Assembly (NCBI GenBank): GCA_964291215.2
Contig: OZ219791.1
Coordinates: 1,792,001-1,856,000, forward strand
Direction of reading: 5' to 3'
DNA length: 64,000 nt
From: Alphaproteobacteria bacterium
GTDB taxonomy: Bacteria; Pseudomonadota; Alphaproteobacteria; MPNO01; UBA830
Below the pieces are notes generated by a model that was not told the origin of the DNA, made no database searches, and saw only the letters and a list, made by a program, of their open reading frames with translations. Position 1 is the first letter of the stretch, and every line of letters starts with the position of its first letter. A program made the position numbers and the translations under genes. Below are positions 33,288 through 47,226 of the stretch, piece after piece.

Positions 33288-33637
33288 ATCCATTGATCGT
33301 CAACCGACAGGATACGCACCGCCGAGGTCGCCAAAATCTCCTCGGCGGCTGGTGTCGAACCCGCCGCACCAGGAGCCGCCTCACAAGCTGACAGAATTCA
33401 ACGGAATGTAGTGCCATGTTGAAATTGGCCGACAAAAAATTTCGTTATATCAACGTGATAAAAATTCCAGGCCGCAAAAAGTGCCAACTTGGGGTCAGTG
33501 TTCGATTATGTGGTGGCGCTCCTTGATGGGGCGGATCGAACGAGTTGCTACCGGCACCAAATCCGGTTATGCCTGACAGGCATGGCGGTAGGCGGAACGG
33601 GACACGTAACCGGGCCGTGATTCGAGGAACGGAGGAT

Positions 33638-35275
33638 GTGCCCTTGCCCAGGATGACGACCGGCGAGGCGGTGGCAAAGTCACTGGTTGCCCATGGCGTC
33701 GAGACGATTTTCGGTATTCCCGGCGCCCACATGTATGATTTCACCGACGCGATCGCGCGCGAGGAGGGGCTCGACTTCATCGTCACCCGCCATGAACAGG
33801 GGGCGGGATACATGGCGTTCGGCTACGCAAAATCGACCGGCCGGACCGGCGTCTATACGGTCGTTCCCGGGCCGGGCATGCTCAATTCCTCGGCAGCGCT
33901 TTGCACGGCCTATGGCGCGAACACGCCGGTGCTGTGCATAACCGGGAACATCATGACCCATTTGTTGGGCCGTGGACGCGGACAGCTTCACGAGCTGCCC
34001 GACCAGCTCGCCACTATGCGGTCGATTACCGGATGGGCCGAGCGCATAGACCATCCGACGGAGGCACCGCAGCGCGTTGCAGACGCATTTCGGAGGATGG
34101 GTGCCGGGCGTGTCTTCCCCACGGCTCTCGAGGCGCCTTGGGACGTTTTCGGGATGTCGGCGATCGTGGATCTTGACGTCGACCGGTCACTTCCCGCCCC
34201 ACCCGAGCCCGATCCGGACCGGATTGCCGAAGCCGCAACCCTGATCGCCGAGGCGGAGAATCCACTGATCGTGGTTGGGGCCGGCGCATACGGCGCGGCG
34301 GAGGAGGTTCTTGAACTTGCCGAAATGCTGCAGGCTCCCGTGACCGCCCAAAGGAGCGGCAAGGGCGTCGTCAGCAACGACCATCCGCTCGGCCTGCTGT
34401 CCGCCGCCGCGTACGAATACTGGCCGCGATGCGACGTTCTGGTCGGAATCGGCAGCCGCCTTGAGTTGGCCTACATGCGCTGGAGCTGGCAACCGAAGGG
34501 CCTCAGGACCGTCAGAATCGACATCGATCCGACTGAAATGGTGCGGGTGAAACCCGATGTCGGAATCGTCTCGGACGCGAAGGCCGGTGTGGCGGCGCTC
34601 ATCGACGCGCTCGGCAAGCGCATCGGCAGGCGGAACTCGCGGGCCGACGAGTTCCAGGGTTTCACGGAGACCGCAACCCGTGCGCTGGCGGGTGTCACGC
34701 CCCAGATTTCCTATCTGAATGCGATCCGCGACGTTCTTCCCCGGGACGGGTTCTTCGTCGAGGAAGTCAGCCAGATGGGGTTTACGGCGCGCGTTGGCTT
34801 TCCCGTTTACGAGCCGCGCCAATACGTGACGTGCGGCTACCAGGACAATCTCGGATACGGGTTTCATACGGCGCTCGGCGTCAAGATTGCCAATCCGGAC
34901 AGGTGCGTCGTCTGCGTGACCGGCGACGGGGGGTTCATGTTCGGGGTCCAGGAACTGGCCACGGCCGTCCAGCACGGCGTCAATCTCGTGACCGTGATCG
35001 TCAACAACAGCTCCTTCGGCAACGTCCGGCGCGATCAGATGACGCGGTTCGACGGGCGGCTTTTAGGCGCGGATCTGGTCAATCCCGATTTCGTGAAGAT
35101 GGCGGAGAGCTTCGGCGCCAAGGGTGTCCGGGTCGATGACCCCCGGTCGCTCGGGGCGGCAATCGCCGAAGGGTTCGGCGAAAGCGGGCCGGTGATCATC
35201 GAAATCCCGGTCGAACCCGGCAGCGAGACCTCACCCTGGCCCTTCGTTCACCCACCGCCGCCGGCCGGCGGGTAG
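33638..35275 (+). CDS. Thiamine-diphosphate-dependent enzyme (acetolactate-synthase-like superfamily)
   Basis: [28 protein letters not shown]...N ThDP-binding motif, [12 protein letters not shown]. Confidence 0.85.
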   Translation: MPLPRMTTGEAVAKSLVAHGVETIFGIPGAHMYDFTDAIAREEGLDFIVTRHEQGAGYMAFGYAKSTGRTGVYTVVPGPGMLNSSAALCTAYGANTPVLCITGNIMTHLLGRGRGQLHELPDQLATMRSITGWAERIDHPTEAPQRVADAFRRMGAGRVFPTALEAPWDVFGMSAIVDLDVDRSLPAPPEPDPDRIAEAATLIAEAENPLIVVGAGAYGAAEEVLELAEMLQAPVTAQRSGKGVVSNDHPLGLLSAAAYEYWPRCDVLVGIGSRLELAYMRWSWQPKGLRTVRIDIDPTEMVRVKPDVGIVSDAKAGVAALIDALGKRIGRRNSRADEFQGFTETATRALAGVTPQISYLNAIRDVLPRDGFFVEEVSQMGFTARVGFPVYEPRQYVTCGYQDNLGYGFHTALGVKIANPDRCVVCVTGDGGFMFGVQELATAVQHGVNLVTVIVNNSSFGNVRRDQMTRFDGRLLGADLVNPDFVKMAESFGAKGVRVDDPRSLGAAIAEGFGESGPVIIEIPVEPGSETSPWPFVHPPPPAGG

Positions 35276-35472
35276 GCTGCGGACTTCCGGTCGCGCGGCG
35301 GCTGTTCGCCGATGTCGTCGGCGTCCCCGACGGGCGGGCGTCCTGGCCGGCGTGCACGGCTTCGGCCGGGCGCGGTGTGCGGACCGGCGAGGGCGGTGGC
35401 GAACGGGTATCTGGTCGATTTGCCTCTACCGGCATGTTACCTATGGAGTATCGCAGAGACCGGAGAGTGGTC

Positions 35473-36786
35473 ATGGATGGGCAGACGACATCGACACGGC
35501 TCGCATACCAGTCCGGATTCGGCAACGAGTTCGCCACAGAAGCGTTGTCCGGAACCCTTCCCGACGGGCGCAACTCCCCGCAGCAGGTGCGGCACGGCCT
35601 CTATGCCGAGCAATTGAGCGGCACGGCGTTTACGCAGCCCCGGTCCGAAAACCGGCGGAGCTGGATGTACCGCATCCAGCCGTCGGCGAAGCATGGCAGC
35701 TTCCGGCGCATCGACAACGGGATGTGGCGGACCCCGGCGTTCAGCGAGGGCGTGCTCTCGCCCCAGCAGATGCGCTGGGACCCGTTTCCGATCCCCGACG
35801 GCGACATCGATTTGATTGCCGGCATGCATACGATAGGCGGGAACGGCGATGCAGGTGCGCAGGCCGGAATCGGGATTCACGTCTATACCGCGACGGTCTC
35901 GATGAAAAACCGGTATTTCTGCAATGCAGATGGCGAGATGCTGTTCGTGCCCCAGCAGGGCGCACTTCGTCTGATGACCGAGATGGGAGTGATCGAGGCG
36001 TTACCCAACGAGATCGTCATCGTCCCGCGAGGCGTCAAGTTCCGGGCGGATCTCCCGGACGGATTGTCGCGCGGTTACGTGTGCGAGAATTTCGGCGCCG
36101 CGCTGCGCTTGCCCGATCTCGGCCCGATCGGTTCGAACGGGCTTGCCAATCCGCGCGATTTCCTTGTGCCGGTCGCGTCCTTCGAGGATGTCGAGGGGCA
36201 GTTCGAACTCGTCTTCAAGTTTGGCGGCAATCTGTGGGCGACCGATATCGCCCATTCTCCTCTCGATGTCGTGGCCTGGCACGGAAACCTCTCTCCCTGC
36301 AAGTACGGCCTCGCGAAGTTCATGGCCATCGGAACGATCAGCTTCGACCATCCCGATCCGTCGATCTTCACGGTACTGACCTCTCCCTCCGGGCCGGCTG
36401 GTCTGGCCAATGTCGATTTCGTGATCTTCCCGCCGCGCTGGCTCGTAGCCGAGGACACGTTCCGGCCGCCCTGGTATCACCGCAACGTCATGAGCGAATT
36501 CATGGGCCTGATTTTCGGCCAGTATGACGCCAAACCCGAGGGTTTCCTGCCGGGCGGCGCAAGCCTGCACAACTGCATGTCGGCGCACGGCCCGGATGTC
36601 GATGCCTACCGGCGGGCGACGGAGACCGATCTCGAGCCCGTATACATCCCGAACACAATGGCCTTCATGTTCGAGACCAGATATCCGATACGCCTTACCG
36701 ACTGGGCTGTCGGCAGCTCTCAGATCCAGGAAGCCTACGCGGACTGCTGGCAGACTCTCTCGAGAAACTTCACGGGAACGTCATGA
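35473..36786 (+). CDS. hmgA: Homogentisate 1,2-dioxygenase
   Basis: [59 protein letters not shown]. Confidence 0.95.
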   Translation: MDGQTTSTRLAYQSGFGNEFATEALSGTLPDGRNSPQQVRHGLYAEQLSGTAFTQPRSENRRSWMYRIQPSAKHGSFRRIDNGMWRTPAFSEGVLSPQQMRWDPFPIPDGDIDLIAGMHTIGGNGDAGAQAGIGIHVYTATVSMKNRYFCNADGEMLFVPQQGALRLMTEMGVIEALPNEIVIVPRGVKFRADLPDGLSRGYVCENFGAALRLPDLGPIGSNGLANPRDFLVPVASFEDVEGQFELVFKFGGNLWATDIAHSPLDVVAWHGNLSPCKYGLAKFMAIGTISFDHPDPSIFTVLTSPSGPAGLANVDFVIFPPRWLVAEDTFRPPWYHRNVMSEFMGLIFGQYDAKPEGFLPGGASLHNCMSAHGPDVDAYRRATETDLEPVYIPNTMAFMFETRYPIRLTDWAVGSSQIQEAYADCWQTLSRNFTGTS

Positions 36787-38108
36787 TGCCGCAGTTGAAC
36801 GAGACCCACGATCCCGCACTTGCCAGCTGGGTCGACAGCGCCAATCAGCCGGACTGCGATTATCCGGTCCAGAACCTGCCGTTCGGCATCTATGGCGATC
36901 CGAAGACGGGGCGCGGCAAGGTCGGCGTGGCGATCGGCGACCGCATTTTCGATGTGGCGGCCGCCAACGCTCGCGGACTTCTCGGTGGTACCGCGGATCC
37001 GGCAGGGATGGCGTGCGACGCGGATACGCTGAATCCGCTCCTGGTTTTGGGCGGGCATCACTGGTCCGCGCTGCGGGCCGGACTCTCGCGGGCGCTCAGG
37101 TCCGGCACGGAGGAGGGCAGGCTGGCCGAGGCCGAGGCCGACGATCTCCTTGTCCTGATGGCCGATGTCGAGATGCGCCTGCCGGCCCACATCGGCGACT
37201 TCACGGACTTCTATTCGTCGATCCATCACGCCACCAATGTCGGCAGGATGCTGAGACCCGACAATCCGCTGATGCCGAACTACAAGTATATTCCTGTCGC
37301 CTATCATGGCCGGGCCTCCTCGGTCGCGTTGAGCGGGCAAGTCTGCCGGCGCCCCGTCGGGCAATTCCGGCCGGGCGATGCTGCCGAACCGTCATTTGGC
37401 CCGTCGCGGGCGCTGGACTTTGAAACCGAGATCGGAGTCTATGTCGGGCCGGGCAACCCGCTCGGCCAACCGATATCGATCGACGAAGCCGAGGATCACC
37501 TGTTCGGGTTGTGCATCCTGAATGACTGGTCTGCGCGCGACATCCAAGGCTGGGAATACCAGCCTCTCGGACCGTTCCTGGCCAAGAGCTTCGCCTCGCA
37601 CGTTTCGCCCTGGGTGGTCACGCTCGAGGCTCTGGCTCCGTTCCGCTGTCCCGCGCCCGCGCGTCCGGATGGCGATCCGTCGCCGTTGCCCTACCTGTCG
37701 TCTGATGCGAACGAGAAGGAAGGCGGATTCGACATCCAGATAGCGGTCTCGCTCGCGTCGGCGCGGATGTGCGCTGACGGAATTCCGCCGATTGATATCG
37801 CCTTGACGAACATGCAGAATCTCTACTGGACGATCTTCCAGATGCTGGCGCATCACGCGTCGAACGGGTGCAATATGCGTCCAGGCGACCTGATCGGAAC
37901 GGGCACGATTTCAGGGCCGACCGAACAGGCTCTGGGCAGCATCCTCGAGATCACCAAACGCGGATCGCAGCCGCTTAGCCTGCCGACCGGGGAGGAACGG
38001 AGATTCCTCGAAGACGGAGACGAGTTGATCATGCAGGCATGGTGCGAGGGCGACGGCCGGCGGCGGATCGGTTTCGGCGAATGCCGCGCGGTGATCGAAG
38101 GTCCGTAG
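36783..38108 (+). CDS. fahA: Fumarylacetoacetase
   Basis: [55 protein letters not shown]. Confidence 0.95.
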   Translation: MMPQLNETHDPALASWVDSANQPDCDYPVQNLPFGIYGDPKTGRGKVGVAIGDRIFDVAAANARGLLGGTADPAGMACDADTLNPLLVLGGHHWSALRAGLSRALRSGTEEGRLAEAEADDLLVLMADVEMRLPAHIGDFTDFYSSIHHATNVGRMLRPDNPLMPNYKYIPVAYHGRASSVALSGQVCRRPVGQFRPGDAAEPSFGPSRALDFETEIGVYVGPGNPLGQPISIDEAEDHLFGLCILNDWSARDIQGWEYQPLGPFLAKSFASHVSPWVVTLEALAPFRCPAPARPDGDPSPLPYLSSDANEKEGGFDIQIAVSLASARMCADGIPPIDIALTNMQNLYWTIFQMLAHHASNGCNMRPGDLIGTGTISGPTEQALGSILEITKRGSQPLSLPTGEERRFLEDGDELIMQAWCEGDGRRRIGFGECRAVIEGP

Positions 38109-38236
38109 GCGCGCAGGCGCTGCGTCCAGGGTTCCCGAATGGTCCGACCTCCTTCACGCGAGTGCGTCGCCTTGACCGGTTGGTGGGACGGTGCCGGAAC
38201 CCGCAGCTGCTGGCTGGCTGAATTCCGGGCTGAGAG

Positions 38237-38800
38237 ATGAAGCCGACGGCGGTGCCTGCGCGGCGCGAGAACGAAGAACCGGTGGACTGGTCGCGGGTCG
38301 TGTTCGACCGCCTGGTCGATGCCGGAGTCTCTCTGTTTGCCTATGTTCCCGATGCCGGCAACGCCGAAATCGTGCGGCTGGCCGAAGAGCACAACGCGTC
38401 CCACGCGATTCTTCTTTCGAGCGAGCAGGAGGGGGTCGCGCTGTGCTGCGGGGCCGACCTTGTTGGCGGCCGCGGGGTTCTTCTGATGCAGTCCTCGGGT
38501 GTCGGCAATTGCCCGAACATGTTGTCGCTGATCAAGGCCGGGAGCTTCCCGCTGCTCATGATCGTGACCATGCGCGGCGACTACGGCGAACAGAATCCGT
38601 GGCAGTATCCTATGGGCCAGGCCGTGGAGCCGGTGCTTGGCGCGATGGGAGTTCAGACCATTCGTGTCGAGAATCGGCGCGACCTCGAGGGCGCGGTCGA
38701 TTCGGCACTTTCGGCTGTGTTCAAGGCGGGGCAGTGCGTTGCGCTTGTCCTTTCGCAGAAATTTCTCGGCGCCAAGGACTTCGACATCGCAACCGCGTGA
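38237..38800 (+). CDS. Sulfopyruvate/phosphonopyruvate decarboxylase alpha-subunit-like protein
   Basis: YVPDAG, EQEGVAL..GA.L.G, LMQSSGVGN, MRGDYGEQNPWQ. Confidence 0.75.
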   Translation: MKPTAVPARRENEEPVDWSRVVFDRLVDAGVSLFAYVPDAGNAEIVRLAEEHNASHAILLSSEQEGVALCCGADLVGGRGVLLMQSSGVGNCPNMLSLIKAGSFPLLMIVTMRGDYGEQNPWQYPMGQAVEPVLGAMGVQTIRVENRRDLEGAVDSALSAVFKAGQCVALVLSQKFLGAKDFDIATA

Positions 38801-38882
38801 TGACCACTGGCCGCATGCTGCTTGCCCTCAGGCAGGCGGCGGAGCTGCGGGTTTTGTCGACTGGTGCTGACCATCCGTGTCC

Positions 38883-39416
38883 CTACCGTGGTGCCGGCGG
38901 ATCCCAGCCGCTTCCGGCGGCGCTCAGAAGGATTTTCGCGCAGGCTTCTGAGTCCGAACCTGGTTCATGGTGGTTGAGCGAGATGTTCAGGTGCCGGCAA
39001 ACGTTCGGGAGCTTGGTCGGGCGGATGCCAAAAATGGACCGAGTCACCTGCACCGTACAGACGAAACCCTGTCGTGGCTGGGCCAGTCCGTAATGCTCGC
39101 AGCAGGCATGGAGCACCTTGCGGTCAAACTGCGTGTTGTGCGCCGCAAGAAAGTCCACATCGGACAGTTCGGGATACAGATCCGCCCAGACCTCCGCGAA
39201 GGTCGATTTGTCCCGCACATCCTTCCACCTGAGGCCATGGATATGGGTAAACGCGAACTCCCTGTTCGGCGGCCGAATCAGGCGAGTTCGCTGCGCCACG
39301 ATTCTGCCCTGGCGCACGATCGAGACTCCAACTGCGCACGCGCTGTCGGAAAAGTGGTTCGCGGTTTCGAAATCGATGGCCGCGAAGTCGTAACTGATGG
39401 TTCGTGCCGTTCGCAT
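38883..39416 (-). CDS. DEDDh 3'-5' exonuclease (DnaQ-like)
   Basis: AIDFETAN, IHG, AHNTQFD, CT, HH...SDSEAC. Confidence 0.85.
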   Translation of the reverse strand: MRTARTISYDFAAIDFETANHFSDSACAVGVSIVRQGRIVAQRTRLIRPPNREFAFTHIHGLRWKDVRDKSTFAEVWADLYPELSDVDFLAAHNTQFDRKVLHACCEHYGLAQPRQGFVCTVQVTRSIFGIRPTKLPNVCRHLNISLNHHEPGSDSEACAKILLSAAGSGWDPPAPR

Positions 39417-39530
39417 CATCGGATTGTGTTGGAAGAACTCGCGCGTTTCAAGGTGTCCTGAACCTTCTGTCGCTTGCGTCGGCCAAATTACCGAAAGCCG
39501 CGGTGCGCTGGCGCAGCCGGAGGCGGAGAA

Positions 39531-40826
39531 TCAGTCGGGGTGGATTCTCTCGCCGTGCGCGGTGAGGTCGAGCCCTTCGATTTCGTCCTCTTCGCTTATC
39601 CGGAGGCCGATGATGCCGCCGATGGCCTTGATGATGATCCAACTGATCACCAGCGACCAAACGACGGTAACAACTAGGCCGAACGCCTGTGCGCCGAGTT
39701 GCTTGCCCATGGTCATTCCGTCGCCCAGCCCCATGCCGCCCAGAGCGGCTGCGCCGAAGAAGGAGGTCAGCAGGATGCCGAGCGCACCGCCGACGCCATG
39801 CACGGCAAACACGTCGAGCGAATCGTCGATCTTGATCTTCTGCTTGATGAAGCTGACGGCCCAGAAGCACACGGAGCCGGCAAGGAAGCCGAATACCAGC
39901 CCGCCGATCGGGCCGACAAAACCCGATCCCGGGGTTATGGTCGCCAGCCCGGCGACCATTCCGGTGACGATCCCGACCAGGCTCGGCTTGCCGTATTTCA
40001 CCCATTCAATGCCGGCCCAGACGATTGAGGCGGTCGCAGCCGATATGTGGGTCACGAGCAGCGCCATGCCTGCGCCGCCATCGGCGGCGAGTGCGGATCC
40101 GCCGTTGAAACCGAACCAGCCGACCCACAGCATCGCCGCGCCCATCATCGTGAGCCCGGGATGATGCGGAGGTTGCACGTCGCCCGGAAAGCCGCGCCGG
40201 CCGCCGAGAACATGGGCGATCACCAGCGCCGAGACGCCCGCCGTGACGTGGACCACGAGCCCGCCGGCAAAATCCTTGACGCCGAGATCGGCCAGCCAGC
40301 CGCCACCCCAGATCCAGTGGCAGACTGGGGCATAGACCAGGATGAGCCAGACCGCGCTGAACCAGAGCACGGCCGAAAACTTGATGCGTTCGACATAGGC
40401 GCCGACGATCAGCGCCGGCGTTATGACCGCAAACGTCATCTGGAAAGCGACGAAGACGCTTTCCGGAATCGATCCTGACAACGTTCCGGCTTCCATGCCC
40501 GACAGCAGAAATCTGCCGAGGCCGCCGATCCAGCGATTGGCGGCTCCGCCGTCGGCGAAGGACAGGCTGTATCCGACGACAATCCACAGAACCGACATCA
40601 GACACGCGATGGCGAAGCACTGCATCAGCACCGAGAGCAGGTTTCGCGCACGCACCAGGCCGCCATAGAAGAGCGCCAGCCCGGGCAGCGTCATGAACAG
40701 CACCAGGGCCGTCGAGGTCAGGATCCATGCCGTGTTGCCCGAATTGAGCGCGTCGGCGGTCTGCGCCATGGCCCGGCTTGGAAACGCCGCGATGAGAGCA
40801 AGAATTGGAAGGACGATCCTGTTCAT
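39531..40826 (-). CDS. amtB: Ammonium transporter
   Basis: LVLFMTLPGLALFYGGL, FQMTFAVIT, DFAGGLVVH, LWVGWFGFNGGS, DDSLDVFAVHGVGG. Confidence 0.95.
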   Translation of the reverse strand: MNRIVLPILALIAAFPSRAMAQTADALNSGNTAWILTSTALVLFMTLPGLALFYGGLVRARNLLSVLMQCFAIACLMSVLWIVVGYSLSFADGGAANRWIGGLGRFLLSGMEAGTLSGSIPESVFVAFQMTFAVITPALIVGAYVERIKFSAVLWFSAVWLILVYAPVCHWIWGGGWLADLGVKDFAGGLVVHVTAGVSALVIAHVLGGRRGFPGDVQPPHHPGLTMMGAAMLWVGWFGFNGGSALAADGGAGMALLVTHISAATASIVWAGIEWVKYGKPSLVGIVTGMVAGLATITPGSGFVGPIGGLVFGFLAGSVCFWAVSFIKQKIKIDDSLDVFAVHGVGGALGILLTSFFGAAALGGMGLGDGMTMGKQLGAQAFGLVVTVVWSLVISWIIIKAIGGIIGLRISEEDEIEGLDLTAHGERIHPD

Positions 40827-40889
40827 GGCACGTGTTCCCTGTCTTGATTCGTCATGCTGCCCCGAACTGCGCAGGCAGCGGCGCCCGTC

Positions 40890-41297
40890 CTAGGACCGGC
40901 TCTCCGCTGCGGCCTCGACTCTGGCCCGGGCGATCGACAGCTCGTTTTCGGCCCGTTGACGCACTGCGTCGTCTTCCGCTTCGCCGAGGGCCTCACGCGC
41001 TGCGGTTACACGCTGTTCGGCTGCCGCGAGATCTATGTCGTCGGAATCCACGGCCTCTTCCGCGAGCACCGTGCAGCGGTCGCCGGCAACCTCGGAAAAC
41101 CCGCTTGCGACGAAAATCTGCCTGACAACGGCCCCGCCGCCATGAATGTCGATGGTGCCGGGGCGAAGCGCCGAGATCAGGGGCGCATGTCCCTCCAGCA
41201 CGCCGAAATCTCCGTCCGCTCCGGGCACGACGACCATCTCGACTTCCTCGGACACCAAGAGCCGTTCCGGTGACACCAGTTCGAACAAAAGTGGCAT
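40890..41297 (-). CDS. atpC: ATP synthase F1 epsilon subunit
   Basis: FELVSPER, VPGADGDFGVL.GHAP; operon position. Confidence 0.95.
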   Translation of the reverse strand: MPLLFELVSPERLLVSEEVEMVVVPGADGDFGVLEGHAPLISALRPGTIDIHGGGAVVRQIFVASGFSEVAGDRCTVLAEEAVDSDDIDLAAAEQRVTAAREALGEAEDDAVRQRAENELSIARARVEAAAESRS

Positions 41298-41334
41298 GCT
41301 TGGTCTCCTGGCAGTTGCTCGCGACGCTTGCCGG

Positions 41335-43684
<2,350 letters not shown>

Positions 43685-43717
43685 GTGCGCCGCTTTCCGG
43701 TGATTGCGCCGGAAGGC

Positions 43718-45253
43718 TCAGGCAGCCGCGAACTGCTTGGCGTAATCGCCAAGGATCTCGCGAAGCTTGGCTTCGGTGGACTTGGAGAGTTCCTGTTCGT
43801 CGCGAATAGTAGCCAGCACGTCGCCGTGGCTGGCCCGCATTTCCGAGAGGAAGCCCTGCTCGAACCGCGAGATGTCGCCGACGCCGATGATGTCGAGATA
43901 GCCGTTGACGCCCGCGAAAATCGCCACCACCTGCTCCTCGATGGGGACTGGTTCGTATTGCGGCTGCTTGAGCAGCTCGGTCAGGCGTTCGCCGCGGCTC
44001 AGCAGGCGCTGGGTAGCGGCGTCGAGGTCGGAGGCAAACTGCGCGAACGCCGCCATCTCGCGGTACTGCGCGAGTTCCAGCTTGATCGAGCCCGCCACCT
44101 GCTTCATCGCCTTGATCTGGGCTGCCGATCCGACCCGGCTCACCGAAATCCCGACATTCACCGCAGGACGGACGCCGGAGTAGAATAGGTCGGTCTCGAG
44201 GAATATCTGGCCGTCAGTGATCGAGATCACGTTGGTCGGAATGTAGGCCGAGACGTCTCCGGCCTGGGTCTCAATGACGGGGAGAGCGGTCAGCGACCCT
44301 CCGCCATTGTCGGTATTCATCTTCGCCGCCCGCTCGAGGAGCCGTGAATGGAGATAGAAGACATCGCCCGGAAACGCCTCGCGGCCCGGTGGACGTCGCA
44401 GCAGCAGCGACATCTGTCGGTAGGCGATCGCCTGCTTGGAGAGATCGTCATAGATGATCAGGGCGTGCATGCTGTTGTCGCGGAAATACTCGCCGATCGT
44501 GCAGCCGCTGTAGGGGGCCAGGAACTGCAGCGGGGCCGGCTCCGAAGCCGTTGCCGCAACGACGACCGTGTAGTCCATCGCGCCCGCCTCTTCGAGCGAC
44601 TTGACGATCTGCGCCACCGTCGAGCGCTTCTGGCCGATGGCGACATAGATGCAGAACAGTTGGCGGTTGGCGTCGCCGTCGTCGAACGCCTTCTTCTGAT
44701 TGATGATGGTGTCGACGGCTATCGCCGTCTTGCCGGTTTGGCGATCGCCGATGATCAGTTCGCGCTGTCCGCGGCCGATTGGAATCAGGCTGTCGATGGC
44801 CTTGAGGCCGGTCTGCATGGGCTCGTGCACCGATTGCCGCGGGATGATGCCTGGCGCCTTCACATCGACGCGGCGCCGTTCCTCGGCGTCTATGGCGCCC
44901 TTGCCGTCGATCGGTTCGCCGAGCGCGTCGACGACGCGGCCGAGCATGCCCTTGCCGACCGGCACGTCGACGATCGAACCGGTTCGCTTGACCGTGTCTC
45001 CCTCGCGGATGCCGGCGTCGGAGCCGAAGATCACGACGCCAACATTGTCGGACTCGAGATTGAGCGCCATGCCCCGGATGCCGCCGGGGAACTCGACCAT
45101 CTCGCCGGCCTGCACGCTGTCGAGACCGTATACACGGGCAATGCCGTCGCCGACCGACAGGACTTCGCCGACCTCGGAAACCTCTGCCTCGGTCCCGAAA
45201 TTCGCGATCTGATCCTTGAGTATCGAAGAAATCTCCGCGGCGCGGATATCCAT
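43718..45253 (-). CDS. atpA: ATP synthase F1 alpha subunit
   Basis: [31 protein letters not shown]. Confidence 0.98.
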   Translation of the reverse strand: MDIRAAEISSILKDQIANFGTEAEVSEVGEVLSVGDGIARVYGLDSVQAGEMVEFPGGIRGMALNLESDNVGVVIFGSDAGIREGDTVKRTGSIVDVPVGKGMLGRVVDALGEPIDGKGAIDAEERRRVDVKAPGIIPRQSVHEPMQTGLKAIDSLIPIGRGQRELIIGDRQTGKTAIAVDTIINQKKAFDDGDANRQLFCIYVAIGQKRSTVAQIVKSLEEAGAMDYTVVVAATASEPAPLQFLAPYSGCTIGEYFRDNSMHALIIYDDLSKQAIAYRQMSLLLRRPPGREAFPGDVFYLHSRLLERAAKMNTDNGGGSLTALPVIETQAGDVSAYIPTNVISITDGQIFLETDLFYSGVRPAVNVGISVSRVGSAAQIKAMKQVAGSIKLELAQYREMAAFAQFASDLDAATQRLLSRGERLTELLKQPQYEPVPIEEQVVAIFAGVNGYLDIIGVGDISRFEQGFLSEMRASHGDVLATIRDEQELSKSTEAKLREILGDYAKQFAAA

Positions 45254-45813
45254 CACGCTGTTCCCTTCAGTGAGAATTCAAGCCGTTGCAGTTTGGTCTG
45301 AAGCGACGAATCAACCATGCGCGAGCCGATCTTGACGATCATGCCGCCGAGAATGCCCTCGTCGACGCGCGCATCGATCGCGATACTGGCGCCCATTGCG
45401 CTGCGCAACTCGTCCTCGAGGGCGGTGCGTTGGACTTCCGTCAGCGGCTGCGCGGTCGTGACCTCGGCCGTCAGCTCGTTGCGTCGCGCCGCCAGCAGTT
45501 CGCGATAGGCCGCGCACATGCCGTCGAGCGCGAACAGGCGGCGGTTGCGCGCCACCGTGCCGACGAAACGCTGCACTAGGTCACCGGTCCCGGCCCTCTC
45601 GAGAACAGCGCCGATGGCGGCAGCCTGAGCCTCGCGCCGGATGACCGGACTCGAGACGAGCCGGCGCAGGTCCGCCGATTCGGCGAGCATCCCGCGAATT
45701 GCGGCGAGGTTGTCCGCGACGATGTCGAGTTCCTTGCGTTCTTCGGCAAGATCGAAAAGTGCGGCTGCGTAACGCGCAGCAACGCCCGGAACGCCTGGCG
45801 ATGTGGTCGACAC
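45253..45813 (-). CDS. atpH: ATP synthase F1 delta subunit
   Basis: [27 protein letters not shown]. Confidence 0.95.
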   Translation of the reverse strand: MSTTSPGVPGVAARYAAALFDLAEERKELDIVADNLAAIRGMLAESADLRRLVSSPVIRREAQAAAIGAVLERAGTGDLVQRFVGTVARNRRLFALDGMCAAYRELLAARRNELTAEVTTAQPLTEVQRTALEDELRSAMGASIAIDARVDEGILGGMIVKIGSRMVDSSLQTKLQRLEFSLKGTA

Positions 45814-46072
45814 TTGCTAACCCCGAAATTTCGGTTGGAAGGCGTTCAAGGCCTGAATAGCGGCTCGCGCGGGCATCTGGCGCTTCGCGAGCCATCCCGC
45901 GGCAGCCTTCGGAAAGGGCGGCATTAGGTAGCACGGAGGGCGGCGAGTTGCAACACTCCGGAGACCCTCGGGAAAAGGCCGTGGAAGTCCGGCCGCCGCC
46001 GGCCTGCTGCGCCCGCCGCCCGTCGTTCTGGCGCCGCCGGCGCCCGGCAGTAGCCTGCCTCCGGCACGCGCG

Positions 46073-46873
46073 TCAGACGGCCTTGACGGAGACCGAAACC
46101 TCCAGCGTCTCGTCGGCCGTGTCGCCGGCGCGCATCCCCCGCACCGGCGACGCCGAATCGTAGTCGAGCCCCACAGCGACGACGACATGGCGTTCGGACG
46201 ATGGCATGCCATTCGCCACGTCGAACCCGACCCAGCCCGTCTATCCATGCCTCGGCCCACGCGTGGCCGGCGTCGAAGGATCCGGCATGATCGCCGTTAT
46301 GGAGGTGTCCGAGGACATAGCGGGCCGGAACGCCGGCCTGGCGGGCGCAACCGATGAACATGTGCGTATGGTCCTGGCAGACGCCCTTGCCTTCGGCAAA
46401 TGATTCTGCTGCTGTCGAGTGGGCGTGGGTGACGCCGAGCTGATAGCGCACCCGCTCGCGGATGGCGGCCATGAGGCGGTCCAGCCCGCTGCGGCGGTCG
46501 GCGGAGAGCCGCGCATCAAAGCCGGCCGTGAAGTCGATCATTGCCGCATCGGGTGAGGTGCGCACCGACTGGCGCAGGAATACGGCGAGCGGCAGGTCGC
46601 TGCCGGCCGCGGACGTGGCGCCGTTGGGGTTCGTGGTCATGACCTCGCCTGCGGCGGTGATCACGATGCAGTCGGACGACCGGTCCAGGGTCAGCAGGTT
46701 GCAGGCGTTGCCGAATCCGTCGGTCCACGAGTTCAATTCGCCGCGGCTGTCGATGGTCCTGTCGAGGATGCTCTGGCCGGACCGGTTTGCGGCGTGAGCC
46801 GCAGCAGCTGCGCCAGGAATGCCGGCGCAACTGCATAGCGGTAGGTCGTGCGGTGAGAAATCCGGATGCGCAT
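46073..46873 (-). pseudogene. Transglutaminase-like protein, frameshifted
   Basis: MRIRISHRTTY.Y, GVCQDHTH, PARYV.G, HAWAEAW; at least two frame changes. Confidence 0.8.
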
Positions 46874-47226
46874 TGCAGGATCGCCGCGTCATCATGAAAT
46901 CGCGCGAGAACCGCTGTCCGATCTCGGCGTTTCCGTCGATGAACTCCACGAGGAATTCGTGCAGGCCGTCATTGAAGATCTGTTCCATGCGCGCGAACTT
47001 GAGCGATGCATGCCGGAGCCCGGCAAGACGGCGCTCCACCGATCGCGGGTTCCCCGGGGCCTCGAAGGTGGCGATCAGGCGATCGTAGCAGGCGCGGAGC
47101 GACTGCGGCAGCTCGGCGTTGAGAATCACCAACTTGGCGACGCGGAAGGCGGTCACACGGTCGCGATACCCAAGTCGGGACTTTTTGCGGCCTGGAATTT
47201 TTATCACGTTGCGCGATTTTTTTGTC

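Larger units (their letters stand above)
29195..33493 (+). mobile_element. IS1634-family element, degenerate, hosting IS256 and IS66 insertions
   Basis: Pieces FYDLTN, FGRSK.R.DC, VMDAG, DIEATFRSLKSE; right IR CGCAAAAAGTGCCAACTTGGG; sequence resumes at ~33290 after the nested elements; homologous to 54658-56367. Confidence 0.8.
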
